Source: Owenia fusiformis
Lineage: Eukaryota
Direction: 5' to 3'
Assembly: GCA_903813345.2 (NCBI GenBank)
Contig: CAIIXF020000001.1
Coordinates: 30,256,001 to 30,320,000, forward strand
DNA: 64,000 nt
The notes under the pieces were generated by a model. It was not told the origin of the DNA and ran no database searches. It saw only the letters and a program-made list of their open reading frames with translations. How positions within the stretch are numbered: the stretch's first letter is position 1; each line of letters begins with the position of its first letter. Positions 60,000-64,000 of the stretch are shown here, piece by piece. The position numbers were made by a program, and so were the translations under genes.

Positions 60000-62900
60000 C
60001 TACTCTGACTGATTTAAGACAACATAGAACAGATTTTCAGATCCATCAACTCCCTTAACAAGTACACCTTGACTATTAGGGTCTACATACAACACCTGTC
60101 CATCTCCTTCATTCTCAACACCACTCTCATCACCCCGAATATCAGGGTCAATTTCAATAGTCTCTTCCAATTGTACATTTTCATCAGCCAATTCAACATT
60201 CTCTGTTATATGTGCTACAGCTTCTGCATTTATGTCCTCCTGATTCACTAATTCAACTTGGATATTGTTTGTATCACTTAATGACTCAGGCTGAATAATA
60301 CTGACCATGTTAGAGGTATCACCCACACTGTGATTAGCATCTGCGAGGATTAACTCAGTTTGCTGATTCCCTTCAGTGGACAACACAATTTCTCCATTTT
60401 GGCTAACATCCGCTGAGAGAACCAGTTGATTGTCAGTGACACCTTGACAAGCCTGAACATGACGCACTAAATGGTCCTTCCTCTGAAATGATTTATAGCA
60501 CATTCCACATTGATAAGGACGACCATCAGTGTGGATACGTTCATGAGCAGTGAGGCTTGACTTAGAGGAGAAGATCTTGTAACATGTGCTGCAGCGTAAG
60601 TTTTCTTCGTCACCTCCCGAGTGGAATCTCTGGTGTGATGTTAACTGGCTCTTAAATTTGAAGCTACGATCTGGAAATAACAAATAGAGTTTGTGTATGA
60701 GTATTGTAACATTAATCTATCAAATGGTTTATACAACTAGAAAACGGCAATTCCACGGAGTCTTTTTATGTCTGATATTATATTTACCATTTACTCTAAC
60801 CTTGATTTGCAGATAATAAGACATACATATAACTAAATATAGCCATATTTTGAAAGGATTGGGAATTTTTTGCGAAATCCTACACGTGACAGGCTGGCAG
60901 CCATTTTGAATTTTCTGAGACACAAATCAGAAAAACAATACAATAATTGTGATCTACTCTAAATTATCTTCAATTTGAGCATAATATAGCTATACAAATT
61001 TAGTCTTGCCTGAACCTATTGCATAAGAGGTACATGCGCTACTGCTGAGCTATACGGGTGGATGTATGGGTATGATATACCATATTAAAGATAAGTAAAT
61101 TACCTATTCACTGGTATATTATATGACATGTTTTCATCAAGGAAATCAATATTTATTTCTGAAATACTTGTGTGACGGATGGACTGACTGACTGAGTGAC
61201 TGACTGACTGACAGATGGAGGGCTTCTTTGTATCCCTACCGTACTTCGTTCATGGGGATAATAAACTTCATCTCCAGCTACACTGCTAAATTTCATATTC
61301 ATATCTGATTTCCAAAATACCATGGACTTTATCCAATGAATTCAAGCATTAAGGGGAGGTCATCAGTTCAAGTCAAAATTTTTCACTTTAGAATGTTTTT
61401 TGAATGGGAAGGCCGACATATAATCTTGTGTTATTCCATTCAATATACCTAGTATAAATCATACTTAGGGTTATTCTGTTTAAGTTCAAAACACCTCAGA
61501 TGAATCACTCCTCCCTAAGAAAAAATCCAAAAGGTACTAAAGTCATCACTAAATTTGCCTCTACGGTTTAAACTCACCACACATGTTACACGTAAAAGGT
61601 CTCTCATTAGTGTGCACTCTCTCATGCTGAATCATGTTAACCTTCTGCCAGAAGCCACGTTTGCAGAATTTACAGTTGTATGGTCTCTCTGTGCCATGCG
61701 TTATACGATGCATCTTTAGGGAAGCCTTCATACGATATTTTTTATCGCAGTCTGGGTGGTCACACTTGTACCATTCCTCTTCTGTGTGACACTTCTTGTG
61801 TAGCTTCAGGTAGTATGCTGTGCCAAACCTAACAACAAATGAGACATTTAGACTATATCTGGTGCAGCTTCAGGTTTACAGCGACATAATAGGAAAGGAG
61901 GCATTTAGGTAAATTCATGCGCAGCTTCACATATCATGCTGTGCCAAACCTTACAACAAAGGAGACATTAAGTCAAATTCATTTGAAGCTTCAAGTAGTG
62001 TGCTGTACCAAACTCAACAAGAAATGAAAAGGATATATTTAACTAGTCAAACCGAAAGAAAAACTATCAAATCTGATATGGAGATAAGCCTGAAAAATAA
62101 AATCTTTCTCAGTTTTCATAGTTTAGCTTACACATAGAACTACAAATGTTGAACATGTATCACTTTTCATGCCTACAAAATTCTGATTCTGAACCTTTAT
62201 TCAAATTATTCAGCTAGAGATAGATAGCCACGAAATAAATCAAATGTAATCATGGTTCTCATTCAATCAATTTACCTTTTATTGCACACATCACATTCAA
62301 AGCGTGACCTATTATGAACAGCAGCGACATGGACACTCAGTTTATATTTCTGTGTGAAGCCCATATTGCATCCCTCATAGCTACACTCATATGGCTTTTC
62401 CAGGTGCGTCTTTTCATGATCATAAAATGGACCATATTTGTCGAAAATTTTGCCACATGTTTTGCATTCATATTCCTTTTGTTCGTGTGACTTCTTGTGG
62501 CGTTCAAAGTTAGACATTGATCCCTTTATTTGTTTACCACATATTTCACACTCTGAAATAACAAGGAACACATTAAACACAGTGAATAATATAGCATCTA
62601 AAAACTAGACAACAGCAACGCCAAAGCGTAGCAAATCCCATTGAAGAGCCATGGCTGGCATTTTCACAAACAAAGTATAGCAAAAATGGCAGCCATTTTT
62701 CAAAATGGCCATCTTCTACCAAAAGTGTCATTAGACAGTGTGCCCTGCTTATATTATTCACATACCAAGTATGAACAAAATCGCTCCACTACTTTTCAAG
62801 TTATAGTAAAACACGTTACAATGGTGGCCATTTTTCAAAATGGCCGCCTTCTACCAAAAGTGTCATTAGATAGTGTGCCATGTTTATAGTATTCACATAC

Positions 62901-63552
62901 CAAATATTAACAAAATCGCTCCACTACTTTTCGAGTTATATTAAAATACATTAAAATGGTGGCCATTTTTCAAAATGGCCACCTTCTAGCAAAAGTGTCA
63001 TTAGACAGTGTGCCATGCTTATAGTATTCACATACCAAATATGAACAAAATCGCTCTGCTACTTTTCGAGTTACAGCAAAAATTGTAAAATAATGAGTAA
63101 AGGCCGCCATTTTTCAAGATGGCTGCCATGTGCTTCTTTAATATCTACATTTTGAAAATCGGCTTTCGAGTAGAACTTCTATGTGTACAAAATATGAACA
63201 AAATCGGGCCAACTATATTTGAGTTATTGCCCGGACGGATGGACAGACGGAGGCGTTCCCTATATCCCTCCAAACTTCGTTCGATGGGATAATTAATGAC
63301 CAACAATTTTAGTCAACAAATATAGCATGACTCTATGAATCATAGTGAGTCTCTATGAGCTATAGAAAGGTTGTATGAGAGATACAGAGAGGCTCCTGTA
63401 AAAGGAGCACAAATAAGACCAAACAAAATATTCTTTGGGATTGCTCAGGAGGTCTGATGACTTACCATGAATCTGTTCACCAGGAAAGTGGATGGAACAT
63501 GATGGGTATGTGTGTGATTCACTCGAGACACATGGACAGTAATCAGGTACAT
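60000..63552 (-). CDS. C2H2 zinc-finger protein, 3' portion (9 fingers plus acidic tail); gene continues beyond the window
   Basis: Exons 63466-63552 (less certain), 62276-62552, 61578-61828 and 60000-60670 join in frame. Fingers cross the junctions (CDVCNKR|FGTAYYLKLHKKCH; CNMC|DRSFKFKSQLTSHQRFH). Linkers include ERPY and ERPF. The last finger is of C2HC type. Confidence 0.88.
60736..61263 (-). mobile_element. HINE-like element in a zinc-finger gene intron
   Basis: AACTAG end, (GACT)n/(GGAC)n microsatellite, and subterminal TATCCC...GGGATAATAA hairpin end. Confidence 0.6.
62603..63293 (-). mobile_element. HINE-like element with three tandem units of about 135 bp
   Basis: AACTAGACAACAGCAACGCC end; unit AAAATGGTGGCCATTTTTCAAAATGGCC...AAAGTGTCATTAGACAGTGTGCC...AACAAAATCGCTC repeated three times; GGAC microsatellite; ATCCCTCCAAACTTCGTTCGATGGGAT end. 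Confidence 0.8.
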
Positions 63553-64000
63553 CTGGATGAGAACATTTTGACAATGATATATGGTTTATACAATGTACAA
63601 TGCAATCCATCATTCATGCAGTAATACATGATATTTATTGATTGTTTAGGCAAGCATACTTTCACTAGATATTTTTAAGGCAGAATAAGTTCAATGTTAT
63701 CTTTATTTTCAAAAGTACAATCATGTTCAATATTAGAGAGATGTTGCTCATACTTGAAACCATAACTTATTTTCATGCGTGTCGCTATAAGTTATAAGTA
63801 TAGCACAACATGTAAATTGAAGTTTTGTGTTTTGGAAAAATATGTACTTTACTACTTATGCGTATAGAAATATATATTTCACCATTCAATTTTAATGTTC
63901 TTTCACCTAGAATGAATCGTTTTCTCCTCAAAATTCCTTGTTCATAAGGTGGATTAGATAGTTGTAATATGACTTCATGCCAGAAATCATAATGATTCCC

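Overview
This is AT-rich, intron-containing animal genomic DNA. A marine invertebrate or lophotrochozoan origin is my inference from gene structure and repeat types. Six host genes can be built by hand from GT-AG boundaries: ACBD5 (minus, 9 coding exons), MDH1B (minus, 6 exons), NIFK (plus, 5 exons, head-to-head with MDH1B across about 390 bp), two tandem cytochrome-b5-fused fatty-acid/sphingolipid desaturases with intronless CDS (minus), and the 3' part of a 9-finger C2H2 zinc-finger gene (minus, running off the right edge). A near-intact CR1-group LINE ORF2 (endonuclease plus reverse transcriptase) sits inside an approximately 11 kb nested inverted-repeat structure. Introns and spacers hold many non-autonomous elements (MITEs with 2-, 3-, 5-, 7-, 8- and 9-bp TSDs, a foldback element, and Helentron-type elements with satellite arrays). 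Main findings: (1) both desaturases have HIEHH where front-end desaturases have the near-invariant QxxHH third His box, and their CDS look non-metazoan and intronless; (2) a 234-bp Penelope-type inverted insertion carries a minimal hammerhead ribozyme core; (3) the MDH1B/NIFK bidirectional promoter has an RFX X-box plus forkhead site on one side and an E-box on the other; (4) a 26-bp TIR-only element has a 7-bp TSD. All homology calls come from recognising motifs by eye; no searches were run.
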